A stretch of 64,000 nucleotides of DNA from an uncultured Desulfobacter sp. (GTDB lineage Bacteria > Desulfobacterota > Desulfobacteria > Desulfobacterales > Desulfobacteraceae): contig OY762069.1 in the NCBI GenBank assembly GCA_963665095.1, positions 4,256,001 to 4,320,000 on the forward strand, in the 5' to 3' direction. Below the pieces are notes generated by a model, which ran no database searches, was not told where the DNA came from, and was given only the letters and a program-made list of their open reading frames with translations. Both the position numbers and the translations under genes were made by a program. Positions 19,864-28,639 of this stretch are shown here, piece by piece; position 1 is the first letter of the stretch, and every line of letters begins with the position of its first letter.

Positions 19864-21369
19864 ATGGAAATCAATCTTGGGGTTCTGTTTTCCAACCGGG
19901 CATTTTTAAGTCCTGATCTTGAAGCGTGTGTGGGGCCGGGATACCGTTACACCTACAGGGAGATGAATCAGCGGATTAACCAGTTTGCATCGTTTTTGTC
20001 CCGGGCAGGATTTAAAAAAGGGGACCGCATCGCCATTCTGGCCAAAAATGGAGAACAGGTGGTGACCACCCTGTTTGGGGCTGCCAAGATTGGGGTGATA
20101 ACTGCCGTGCTTAACTTCCGGCTGGCGCCGGCAGAGCTTTCCTATATCCTCAATGACTGCGGGGCAAAGCTTCTGGTCTATGGCCAGGATTTTTCAGCTG
20201 TGGCAGATGCACTGAAATCGGGAACCGTTCTTAAACATTTTGTGTGCATCGGCACTGAATCCGTTGATCCCTGCTTTGATGCACTTCTCAGTGACCAGGA
20301 CGTCAGCGAACCCGCTCCTGCGGGTTTCGCCGAGGATCCGGCAGTTCTCATGTACACCTCCGGGACCACCGGCCATCCCAAGGGCGTGGTGATCACCCAT
20401 GAAAACTGCTTCCGGGCCGCAGTGGGCCTTGTTCACTCCCTGGACTGGGCTTATAAATACCGGTATCTGGCAGTGGCCCCGCTGTTTCACATTGGGGGAC
20501 TCGCTCCGGTGTTTGCCAACGTCCATGTGGGTTGCACCATGGTATTTATGCCGGACTTCGACCCGGCCGCAGCCTGGGATGTCATTGAAAAGGAAAAAAT
20601 CAATTTTGCCATGACCGTTCCGGTGATGCTCCAGTTCATGGCCATGATTCCCGGCACTGAGAACCGGGACCTCTCCGTGCTGAAACACTTTATCTGCGGC
20701 GGCGCGCCCGTGCCGGCCTCCCTGATCCTGGCCTATGCGGAAAAATCCATTGATGTATACCAGGTATACGGCGCCACCGAATACACCGGGGCCATCACCT
20801 TCTGGACCCGGGATATGGGCATGGACTATGTCAGCACCATGGGCAAGGCCGTATTCCATGGTAACATCCGCATCATAGACCCTATATCAGACCAGGAATG
20901 CCCTGCCGGCGAGGTAGGGGAAATCTGGCTGGCCGGCCCCCAGGTCTTCAAGGAGTACTGGAATAATCACAATGCCACCCAGGAGGCTCTTGCCGGGGAA
21001 TGGTACCGTACAGGGGACCTTGGCAGCATGGATGAGTCAGGGTTCCTCACTGTCGTGGACCGGCTAAAGGATATGATCATCAGCGGTGGGGAAAACATCT
21101 ATCCGGCTGAGATCGAAGCCGTCCTTATTCAGCATCCCGGCGTGGCCGATGCCGCAGTGGTGGGAAAACCTGATCCCAAATGGGGAGAAGTTCCCGTGGC
21201 ATTTATTGCAAAAGCCCAAGGCCAGGATCCGGACTCTGCCGGGATCATTGAATTCTGCCGGGGGCACCTGGCAGGTTTCAAGTGCGTCAAGGAGGTACAC
21301 ATCGTTGATGCCATTCCCAGAAATACTTTAGGCAAAGTATTAAAAAGATCCCTCAAGGAACAGATTTAA
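19864..21369 (+). CDS. Long-chain acyl-CoA ligase (ANL family)
   Basis: YTSGTTGHPKG, YGATE, TGDLG, DRLKDMIISGGENIYPAEIE; AGGAGGA RBS before ATG 19864. Confidence 0.93.
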   Translation: MEINLGVLFSNRAFLSPDLEACVGPGYRYTYREMNQRINQFASFLSRAGFKKGDRIAILAKNGEQVVTTLFGAAKIGVITAVLNFRLAPAELSYILNDCGAKLLVYGQDFSAVADALKSGTVLKHFVCIGTESVDPCFDALLSDQDVSEPAPAGFAEDPAVLMYTSGTTGHPKGVVITHENCFRAAVGLVHSLDWAYKYRYLAVAPLFHIGGLAPVFANVHVGCTMVFMPDFDPAAAWDVIEKEKINFAMTVPVMLQFMAMIPGTENRDLSVLKHFICGGAPVPASLILAYAEKSIDVYQVYGATEYTGAITFWTRDMGMDYVSTMGKAVFHGNIRIIDPISDQECPAGEVGEIWLAGPQVFKEYWNNHNATQEALAGEWYRTGDLGSMDESGFLTVVDRLKDMIISGGENIYPAEIEAVLIQHPGVADAAVVGKPDPKWGEVPVAFIAKAQGQDPDSAGIIEFCRGHLAGFKCVKEVHIVDAIPRNTLGKVLKRSLKEQI

Positions 21370-21381
21370 AGGAGAAAAAAA

Positions 21382-22977
21382 TTGTCATTACCTGATCCCA
21401 ATAACGCATACTCATTTGATGATTTTCTAACATGGCGCAGCCAGGCTGATTTTTATGATTCTGATCCCTTTTTCCAGCAGGTAATCCGCCATTATGCCCC
21501 GGACCAGTGGGAAGCGCTGGACCTGGCCGCCAAAGAGATCTCTGCCAAAGTCTCCTTTGAGTGGAAAAAATGGTCTGAAGAGGCGGCTGTGCCTGAAAAA
21601 AGACCCTATATCACGCACTATGACGGCCACAATCACCGGATTGACCGCATTGTACGGCCCATGGAGACCCTGGCCCTGGAAAAGGCGGTTTTTGGCGAAA
21701 AACTATTTTCAGCAAACACTCCGGCATTTGAAAAATTAGTCAAGCTCTACCTGATCTACCAGCTGGGAGAGGCCTGTATCTCGTGCCCTATGACCTGCAC
21801 TGAAGGTATGGTGGCGCTTCTGGACTATTATGCCGACACCGATGAGCTGAAGGCCATTCTTGCCCATTGCAAGGAGGGCATTGACGGAGATATCGCCGTG
21901 GGCGCCCAGTACCTGTCTGAAATTCAGGGGGGCTCGGATGTGCCGGCCAACCTGGTGGAGGCTGTGGAGACTGACGGGGTATGGCGGCTCTACGGGGATA
22001 AGTTCTTCTGTTCCGCCACCCATGCCGACTATTCTGTGGTCACGGCCAAGCCTAAGGGTTCAGAAAAGGTAGCCGTATTCATCGTTCCCTCCTGGATGCC
22101 GGGAAACAAGGAAAAGGAGATCCGGAACGGCTGCACCATCAACCGGATCAAATGGAAGATGGGCACCTCCGAGCTTACCACGGCAGAGATTTCCTATGAC
22201 GGTGCCATTGCCTATCCTGTAGGGCCCCTGGAAAAGGGTCTTGCCAATGTAGTGGGTATCGTTCTGACCTATTCCCGGCTCACCGTGGGCATCTCGTCAG
22301 CTGCCTTCATGGCCCGGGCCTGCCGGGAAGCCACGGCCTACAGCAGAAAACGCACCGCGTTCGGACTTGCCATCGGCGACTTTCCCCTGGTCAAGGAACA
22401 GATCGACCAGATGACCCGGTTTTCACGCCGGACCATTGCCGCCACCTTCAAGCTCTACCGGGATTTCCTGGAACTGGACGGCGGGCTGAAAAAAGGGCTG
22501 AACGCGGACGAGCCCCTTGAAATGAAGATGAAAAGGTTCAACATCAGGGAACTGGTCATGCTCCAGAAAATCACCTCTGCCTGGGACTGCACCGACATTG
22601 TGCGCATGGGCATGTCCATATTCGGCGGCCACGGCGTCATGGAAGATTTCTCAGCACTTCCCCGCCTGTTCCGGGATGCCGCTATCAATGAGCTGTGGGA
22701 GGGCCCCAGAAACGTGTTGCTCACCCAGATGCACCGGGATTTCCAGCGGGCAGCATCCTGGTATCCCCCTGCCCGGGTGGTGGGCTCTTTACTTGCAGAC
22801 GCGGCACCATCCGTACGTGAACCCCTTGAAAAAGAGGCTGAGGAACTCGTGGCCCACCCCAACCTGTTCGGGCCGGATGACTTGACCCGGGAGGTGTGCC
22901 GCCGGTGGGACAGGTTCTGCCATGATCTCACCCATGCGTACCAGGACCAGGCCATGGCAGAGATTGAAGACACATAG
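21382..22977 (+). CDS. Acyl-CoA dehydrogenase, AidB-like
   Basis: SCPMTCT, AQYLSEIQGGSD, GDKFFCS, KMGT, FGGHGVMEDF, WEGPRNV; TTG start after AAGGAG. Confidence 0.88.
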   Translation: MSLPDPNNAYSFDDFLTWRSQADFYDSDPFFQQVIRHYAPDQWEALDLAAKEISAKVSFEWKKWSEEAAVPEKRPYITHYDGHNHRIDRIVRPMETLALEKAVFGEKLFSANTPAFEKLVKLYLIYQLGEACISCPMTCTEGMVALLDYYADTDELKAILAHCKEGIDGDIAVGAQYLSEIQGGSDVPANLVEAVETDGVWRLYGDKFFCSATHADYSVVTAKPKGSEKVAVFIVPSWMPGNKEKEIRNGCTINRIKWKMGTSELTTAEISYDGAIAYPVGPLEKGLANVVGIVLTYSRLTVGISSAAFMARACREATAYSRKRTAFGLAIGDFPLVKEQIDQMTRFSRRTIAATFKLYRDFLELDGGLKKGLNADEPLEMKMKRFNIRELVMLQKITSAWDCTDIVRMGMSIFGGHGVMEDFSALPRLFRDAAINELWEGPRNVLLTQMHRDFQRAASWYPPARVVGSLLADAAPSVREPLEKEAEELVAHPNLFGPDDLTREVCRRWDRFCHDLTHAYQDQAMAEIEDT

Positions 22978-23055
22978 GCAGGGAAATCAGGGCTTGAGAG
23001 GATGGAATAATTTTTGTTAAGATAACAGACTCAATAAAAAGCCATTGGATGCCCC

Positions 23056-23673
23056 ATGCCCACAAAAAAAACACCATTAGCCAGGCTCAGAGAAAAAGAA
23101 CGTAAAGCCCGGCAGAACCTGATTGTAAATGCTGCAGAACGGCTTTTTTCAGTCAAGCCCTTCCCTAAAGTCAGTATGAGGGATATTGCCGATGAAGCCG
23201 GCATATCCCTGTCTTCCATCTATCGATACTTCCCGGACCAGGAGTCCCTGTTTCTTGAGGCCCTGGTCCGGGGCGCCAATAAAATCAACCGGCAGCTGGA
23301 TCTGCTGATCCGGGAGGAGGGCACGGATGTGGAACAGGTGGCCCATGCCTTTATCAATTTTCTTTTGGAAAACGATCCCTATTTCCGGATGATGACCCAC
23401 TTCATGCTGGACGGGGTTTTGAACCCCTCTTCCGTGACGCGTCTGAACCAGATTGAACGGGCACTTCTGGACCAGTTCAACTCTTTTTTCAACCGGATCA
23501 ATCCTGAAAAAAACAACCGCATCACCGCCCATGCCTTTTTTGCCGCCCTGAACGGCATCCTGATCACTTACCGGAACTACCCGGGCCGGGAGATCACAGA
23601 CATCCACAAACACATGAAACAGCTGGCCTCGGTCATGGCCGCCATGTTTGCTCAAACTGTCTCCCAGGACTGA
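23056..23673 (+). CDS. TetR/AcrR family regulator
   Basis: VSMRDIADEAGISLSSIYRYFPD HTH. Confidence 0.92.
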   Translation: MPTKKTPLARLREKERKARQNLIVNAAERLFSVKPFPKVSMRDIADEAGISLSSIYRYFPDQESLFLEALVRGANKINRQLDLLIREEGTDVEQVAHAFINFLLENDPYFRMMTHFMLDGVLNPSSVTRLNQIERALLDQFNSFFNRINPEKNNRITAHAFFAALNGILITYRNYPGREITDIHKHMKQLASVMAAMFAQTVSQD

Positions 23674-23676
23674 TCT

Positions 23677-25545
23677 TTAATGGATGGGTTTTGTCAGGTC
23701 TATGCTGATGGCATAGGCCCCACCCTCCAGCTTGGCGGTCAGCGGGTACTCACCCTTTTCAAACACCTTGAGCATGGCCCGGTTGGAAGACAGAACATCC
23801 GCCGTCATCTTCACGGCCCCGCGCTCCTTGGCCAGACGGGTGAGCATCTTGAACAGGAAGGAGGCAATGCCGAATCCCTGGTACTCCTCGTCCACAACAA
23901 AGGCAATGTCCATATACGGTTTGTCCGGATACTTGGCAATTCTTGCCTCGGCAATGATGGTCTGGTTGCCCGGCTCGCCCACAAGGCCCACCACAGACAA
24001 TACCTCCCGGTAGTCCACATTGACATAAGCCTGCATCTTGGCATGGGGCATGGATTTAATGGGTGAAAAATACCGGTAGTAGATGGCTTTATCGCTGAAC
24101 CTGTAAAAAAGCCGGCGCATCTGCTCTTCATCCGAGGGTTTAATGGCCCTGAACCGGACCTGGAGATTCTCCTTAAAGGTCTGGATGGTTTCAATCTCTT
24201 TGGGATAAAAATGGGCAGAATCGGCAATGAACATCTGATCCTGGTAGAGCAGATTTTCCATCTTTCCACCGTCCACCAGGCCTGGCCGGTCTTCGGGATG
24301 GGCGATTTCAATCAGGGCCTGGGCCCGTTCCCTTAACGTTCTGCCTTTGATGTGCGCCACCCCGTATTCCGTAACCACCAGGTCAATGGACTCGGGCAGG
24401 CTGAGCAGGTCCGGGGTATCGTCGAGAAAGAGCCGGATGTTGGCCACACCGTCCCGGTTCCGGCTGGGCAGGGCCACAATGGTATATCCGCCCCGGGACA
24501 GCTCCGCCCCGTTCAGAATGTCTGCAATCTGACCAGGGCCTGCAGAGATATTGGCTGAACTGGAATGCAGGGCCACCCGGCCGGAAAGATCCACCCGCCG
24601 CACTGGAAGGATCATGACAAACTTGTTGTTGCGCCCGATCTGCAACGGATTAAATACCTTGTCAATTCCCTGGAACTCCACCATGGGATTTTTATTAAGC
24701 CACTCCATGAGCTTTTTGGAACCCAGGGCGTAGGTGGTCAGGGACCGGCCCCTGAACATGCCCTTTTCACGGTTGGTCACAGCACCGCTTTCCGCCAGTT
24801 CCATCATGGCATCGGTGAAAAACGGGGTGTGAATGCCCAGGTCTTTCTTCTTTGCCAGGTACCGGGGCAATGCTTCGTAAATGGGGCCATAGGTAAAGGC
24901 AACACAGGAACCGTCCGCAATAACGGATGCCGCATTTTCAGCAATCTTTTCAAACACCGGCGCCACAGGATACCTGGGGAAATAAAAGGGCGGCACCTGG
25001 GCCTCCACCAGCATGTCGAATTCGTCGATATGCACAAAGGTATCCCCAAGGGTAAAAGGAATGTGTTCATTAATCTCCGCCACCACAAGTTTGGCATGCT
25101 TCATGGCCTGCCGGGACACATCCACGCCAAGTCCAAGGCTGCAGTACCCGCTGTCATTGGGCGGGGTGATCTGGATAAAGGCCACGTCAATGGGGATCAG
25201 ACCGTCCCTCATGAGCCATGGCACGGTGGAGAACCGGGCAGGAATCAGGTCCACCCGGCCGGCAGTAATGGCCTTGGCAGAGACCCACCCGGAAAAAAAG
25301 GTTTTCAGCCGGTATCGATGGGACTCAAGCGCCTTGTAAGAGACAGCATCCCCGAAACTGAGCAGCTGAATCAGGGTGAGGTCTTCCAGGCTGTAGCCTT
25401 CAGCGCTCATGAGCGCGTTCACAAGGGTTCTTGGCTCCGCTGTACCCGTGGCAATGAAAATATTCATGCCCGGATCAATTTTGCTTAATACTTTGTCAGT
25501 GGTGACGCAGCAGCTTTTCCATGACGGAATCTTTTTTTTAAACAT
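23677..25545 (-). CDS. Acetyl-CoA hydrolase/transferase fused to C-terminal GNAT domain
   Basis: DVAFIQITPP..GYCSLG, VVTEYGVA, ERAQALIEIAHP; then RAIKPSDE, VDEEYQGFGIA. Confidence 0.88.
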   Translation of the reverse strand: MFKKKIPSWKSCCVTTDKVLSKIDPGMNIFIATGTAEPRTLVNALMSAEGYSLEDLTLIQLLSFGDAVSYKALESHRYRLKTFFSGWVSAKAITAGRVDLIPARFSTVPWLMRDGLIPIDVAFIQITPPNDSGYCSLGLGVDVSRQAMKHAKLVVAEINEHIPFTLGDTFVHIDEFDMLVEAQVPPFYFPRYPVAPVFEKIAENAASVIADGSCVAFTYGPIYEALPRYLAKKKDLGIHTPFFTDAMMELAESGAVTNREKGMFRGRSLTTYALGSKKLMEWLNKNPMVEFQGIDKVFNPLQIGRNNKFVMILPVRRVDLSGRVALHSSSANISAGPGQIADILNGAELSRGGYTIVALPSRNRDGVANIRLFLDDTPDLLSLPESIDLVVTEYGVAHIKGRTLRERAQALIEIAHPEDRPGLVDGGKMENLLYQDQMFIADSAHFYPKEIETIQTFKENLQVRFRAIKPSDEEQMRRLFYRFSDKAIYYRYFSPIKSMPHAKMQAYVNVDYREVLSVVGLVGEPGNQTIIAEARIAKYPDKPYMDIAFVVDEEYQGFGIASFLFKMLTRLAKERGAVKMTADVLSSNRAMLKVFEKGEYPLTAKLEGGAYAISIDLTKPIH

Positions 25546-25553
25546 AATTATAT

Positions 25554-27290
25554 CTATCTTTTTAGTTTTTTAATGTTATCCCTGGCAAATTCAATGGTCG
25601 GGTCTATCTCCAGTGCCATTTCGTAAAATTTGATAGCCAGAGCGGTGTCCCCAAGTTCCCTGTGGCAGGAGCCCATATTGGCATAGTTGATGGCAAGGCT
25701 GGGGTCCACATCCAGGGCCTTCTCAAAATATTCAATGGCGGTTTTAAACTCTTTTTTCATAAAACAGCATGCCCCGGCAGTGTTTAGAATGTCCGGGCGC
25801 TGGGGGTCTGCATCAAGCCCCGTCCGGCAGGTCTTAATGGCGGTGTCATACTGCCCCAGATCTTTCTGGGCCGCAGCCATGTGGGAACAGATATCCGGCA
25901 GGTTGCGCCGGGCAGGCCCCCGGTCCAGGGCGGCCTGGAACTGCTCTACGGCCTCTTCGCCATCAGACAGAGCGGAAAGCATCAGCCCTTTGTAAAAGCT
26001 GGTGTAATATTTTCCCGGGCTTACACTTTCCAGTTCTTCCAGCTGGTCAAGGGCCATAATGGGGTGGGAATTTTCCGTGATCAGCCTGGCAGAAAACATG
26101 CCTACGCTGGCCTCATCTGCCCGCTCCCTGAAATGTGCGCCGGGCATGATGGTATAAAAGGCCGGGATATCAAGGCCGGGGTGGGTGGTACGGATGGTCA
26201 GCAGATGAAATCCGCGGTCGGAAAGGATTCGAATCAGGTTCTCCACCTCCACCCGGATATTGCCGGCCGAAAGGTCTGGCAGATCTGAAGCATTGACCAT
26301 GGCCTCCGGATGGATGATATAGTCGGCAGCCTGAATATCTGTAAACTTGGGGAGCCCGGATGCCACATAGTTCGTGCCCGAATTAAAATCCCCTGCCAGC
26401 TGCGCCACCTCGGTCAGGGCGCGTCCCATGGCCTTTTCCGGATTGGGTGCGGTGCCGGCAGTCCAGACAATCTCACTCATGGCAGGAAAGGTGGAAGGAT
26501 CCCAGGCCAGGACGGCAATGGTGGGAATACCCGTGTCAAGGGAAAGGTCGCTGGCATAGACCTTGATTCCCTGGCTCTCGTATTTGGAAAGCAGCTCCCT
26601 GACCAGAGGATCCTGAAAAGAGTCCAGACAGATACCCGGGACTTTCAGCTTGTTCCGGGAAACCAGCGAGCAGACATGACGTTCCACAAGTTCACAGATC
26701 CCCTGGGTCAATGCCTCTTCCGTACAGTTTCCGGCACTGGGTCCGTTAAACTCGTTGATCATGTAAAACCAGTTAAACGGAACATTCACCTCTTTTTTCT
26801 CAGTCAGGTCATAGCCTTTGGTCCACTGCAGGGGCAGACGGTCGAAAACAGGCTTTACCTTTAAGGCATCTGCCTCATCATCATGAACCGACCTGGTAAT
26901 CAGGGCGTAGTCCAGGGCGTCCTCCCCAAGCTCTTTGGGGGTGGCATAAAAAAAATTTTTGTCATCGGCCGCAAAGGAAAAAAAGCTGAACCGCTCCACC
27001 AGCTCCATCACCGCACTGGCTTCAGACTGTTCCGGGGTACCGCCTTTCCCCATCTGCTTGGTGGTACCGGTCACCTTCCTGGCGTCCGCACCGCATTCGC
27101 TGTAAAAAACCGGGATATCCAGACGCCCGTTGTCAATGCGCCGGGTCCGGCTTAAAATATCCAGCTCCAGGGCATCTGCCTTTTCCCTGAAGCGCCTGAC
27201 AGTTTCCGCCGGCGGTATGATTTTGTCCTGGTCAAAGGTGTAATTTTTCGGGGCGTCTTCAAATTTTATTTCATAACCCATGGGGTCCAA
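25554..27290 (-). CDS. YcaO-family protein with C-terminal TPR repeats
   Basis: GKGGTPEQSEASAVMELVER, NGPSAGN..EEALTQGICELVER, RALTEVAQ; TPR helices (AIEYFEKALDVDP, YEMALEIDP). Confidence 0.9.
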   Translation of the reverse strand: MDPMGYEIKFEDAPKNYTFDQDKIIPPAETVRRFREKADALELDILSRTRRIDNGRLDIPVFYSECGADARKVTGTTKQMGKGGTPEQSEASAVMELVERFSFFSFAADDKNFFYATPKELGEDALDYALITRSVHDDEADALKVKPVFDRLPLQWTKGYDLTEKKEVNVPFNWFYMINEFNGPSAGNCTEEALTQGICELVERHVCSLVSRNKLKVPGICLDSFQDPLVRELLSKYESQGIKVYASDLSLDTGIPTIAVLAWDPSTFPAMSEIVWTAGTAPNPEKAMGRALTEVAQLAGDFNSGTNYVASGLPKFTDIQAADYIIHPEAMVNASDLPDLSAGNIRVEVENLIRILSDRGFHLLTIRTTHPGLDIPAFYTIMPGAHFRERADEASVGMFSARLITENSHPIMALDQLEELESVSPGKYYTSFYKGLMLSALSDGEEAVEQFQAALDRGPARRNLPDICSHMAAAQKDLGQYDTAIKTCRTGLDADPQRPDILNTAGACCFMKKEFKTAIEYFEKALDVDPSLAINYANMGSCHRELGDTALAIKFYEMALEIDPTIEFARDNIKKLKR

Positions 27291-27516
27291 TGCCTTTCAT
27301 TCGTATGTGTCCGGCAACAAAATGCCGTGTTATAAAAAAGGCCTCACCATATCATGAATTGTTCCGAATTTCACCATGATACAGCTTGTTTAAGCTTACT
27401 TTTTCTTATACTTTTTTGCGATTCCGGCACACTATCAGCAAAATTTTGCACACCAGTGCTCTGAAAAACATTTATTGGGGTTCAGGCGCCATCGTCTGAC
27501 AGCCTAAGATCTAAAT

Positions 27517-28593
27517 TTAAGATTGAACCAAAGCCATAAACTTAAGGTTGGCCCGGGGAAACGGAAATTGACGGAGCTGGGACTTCCTGACCCATTTGTA
27601 ATCAATGGGACCGTTGAGATTTACCCGACCGGACACATAATCGCAGAAGAACACATCCATTTCAATTTTAAAATGGGTGTAGGCATGAAAAACCCGTGTT
27701 AAAAATTCAAGGTTGCTGATTTCAATGCCGGTCTCTTCCCGGATTTCCCGGATGCATGCCTGTTCTGCAGTTTCTTTAGGTTCCACCTTGCCTCCGGGGA
27801 ATTCCCATAAACCGCCCAGAAGACCATCCATTTTTCTCCGTGTTATCAGAACGCGGCCGTTTTTCTGCACAACCCCCACAGCAATGTGAACAACAGGCAC
27901 TTTTTTCCTTTTCACACGCACGGGGAAAAGATCGGTCTGTCCGTTTTTATATGCGCGGCAGTCCTGGTTCAGCGGGCAGGTGCCGCACCCCGGGGTACCG
28001 GGTGTGCAGACCAGCGCGCCAAGCTCCATCACCGACTGGTTAAAGGTGCCCGGATCTTTGTCATACAAAAGCTGGGTCGCAATTTTTTTATAAACTTTGT
28101 GGGAGGCACTGTGATTTACCGGAGAGTCAATACAAAAAAGCCGTGCCAGCACGCGCTTGACATTGCCGTCCACCACAGCATGGCAATGACCTCTGGCAAT
28201 GCTGAGAACGGCTGAAGCAATATAATCCCCTACCCCGGGCAGACTGAGAAACCCGTCATACGCCTCCGGGATTCTGCCTGCCATGTCCTGCACCACCACA
28301 TTGGCGGCCTTATGGAGATTCCTGGCCCGGGCGTAGTATCCCAACCCCTCCCAGGCCTTAAGCACGGTTTCAAGGTCGGCCGTTGCCAGCGCATGCACAT
28401 CAGGCCAGGCATCCATGAATTTCAGATAGTAGGGGATCACAGTTTTAACCTGTGTCTGCTGGAGCATTACCTCAGAGACCCAGATGCGGTAAAGGGAGTT
28501 ATCCTGTCGCCAGGGAAGGACTCTTTTATTGTCATGGTACCAGGCCATTAAGGCGGCCTGTACTCTTTTTATTGTCTGGGAACTTAAGTTCAT
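27517..28593 (-). CDS. mutY: A/G-specific adenine glycosylase with C-terminal Nudix domain
   Basis: WVSEVMLQQTQV, GLGYYARARNL, LPGVG, VDGNVKRV, 4-Cys cluster motif, Nudix box. Confidence 0.96.
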   Translation of the reverse strand: MNLSSQTIKRVQAALMAWYHDNKRVLPWRQDNSLYRIWVSEVMLQQTQVKTVIPYYLKFMDAWPDVHALATADLETVLKAWEGLGYYARARNLHKAANVVVQDMAGRIPEAYDGFLSLPGVGDYIASAVLSIARGHCHAVVDGNVKRVLARLFCIDSPVNHSASHKVYKKIATQLLYDKDPGTFNQSVMELGALVCTPGTPGCGTCPLNQDCRAYKNGQTDLFPVRVKRKKVPVVHIAVGVVQKNGRVLITRRKMDGLLGGLWEFPGGKVEPKETAEQACIREIREETGIEISNLEFLTRVFHAYTHFKIEMDVFFCDYVSGRVNLNGPIDYKWVRKSQLRQFPFPRANLKFMALVQS

Positions 28594-28639
28594 GACCAAC
28601 ATTCAATCTGCTGCGGATGCGCAGGCGTTTCAATGGTTA

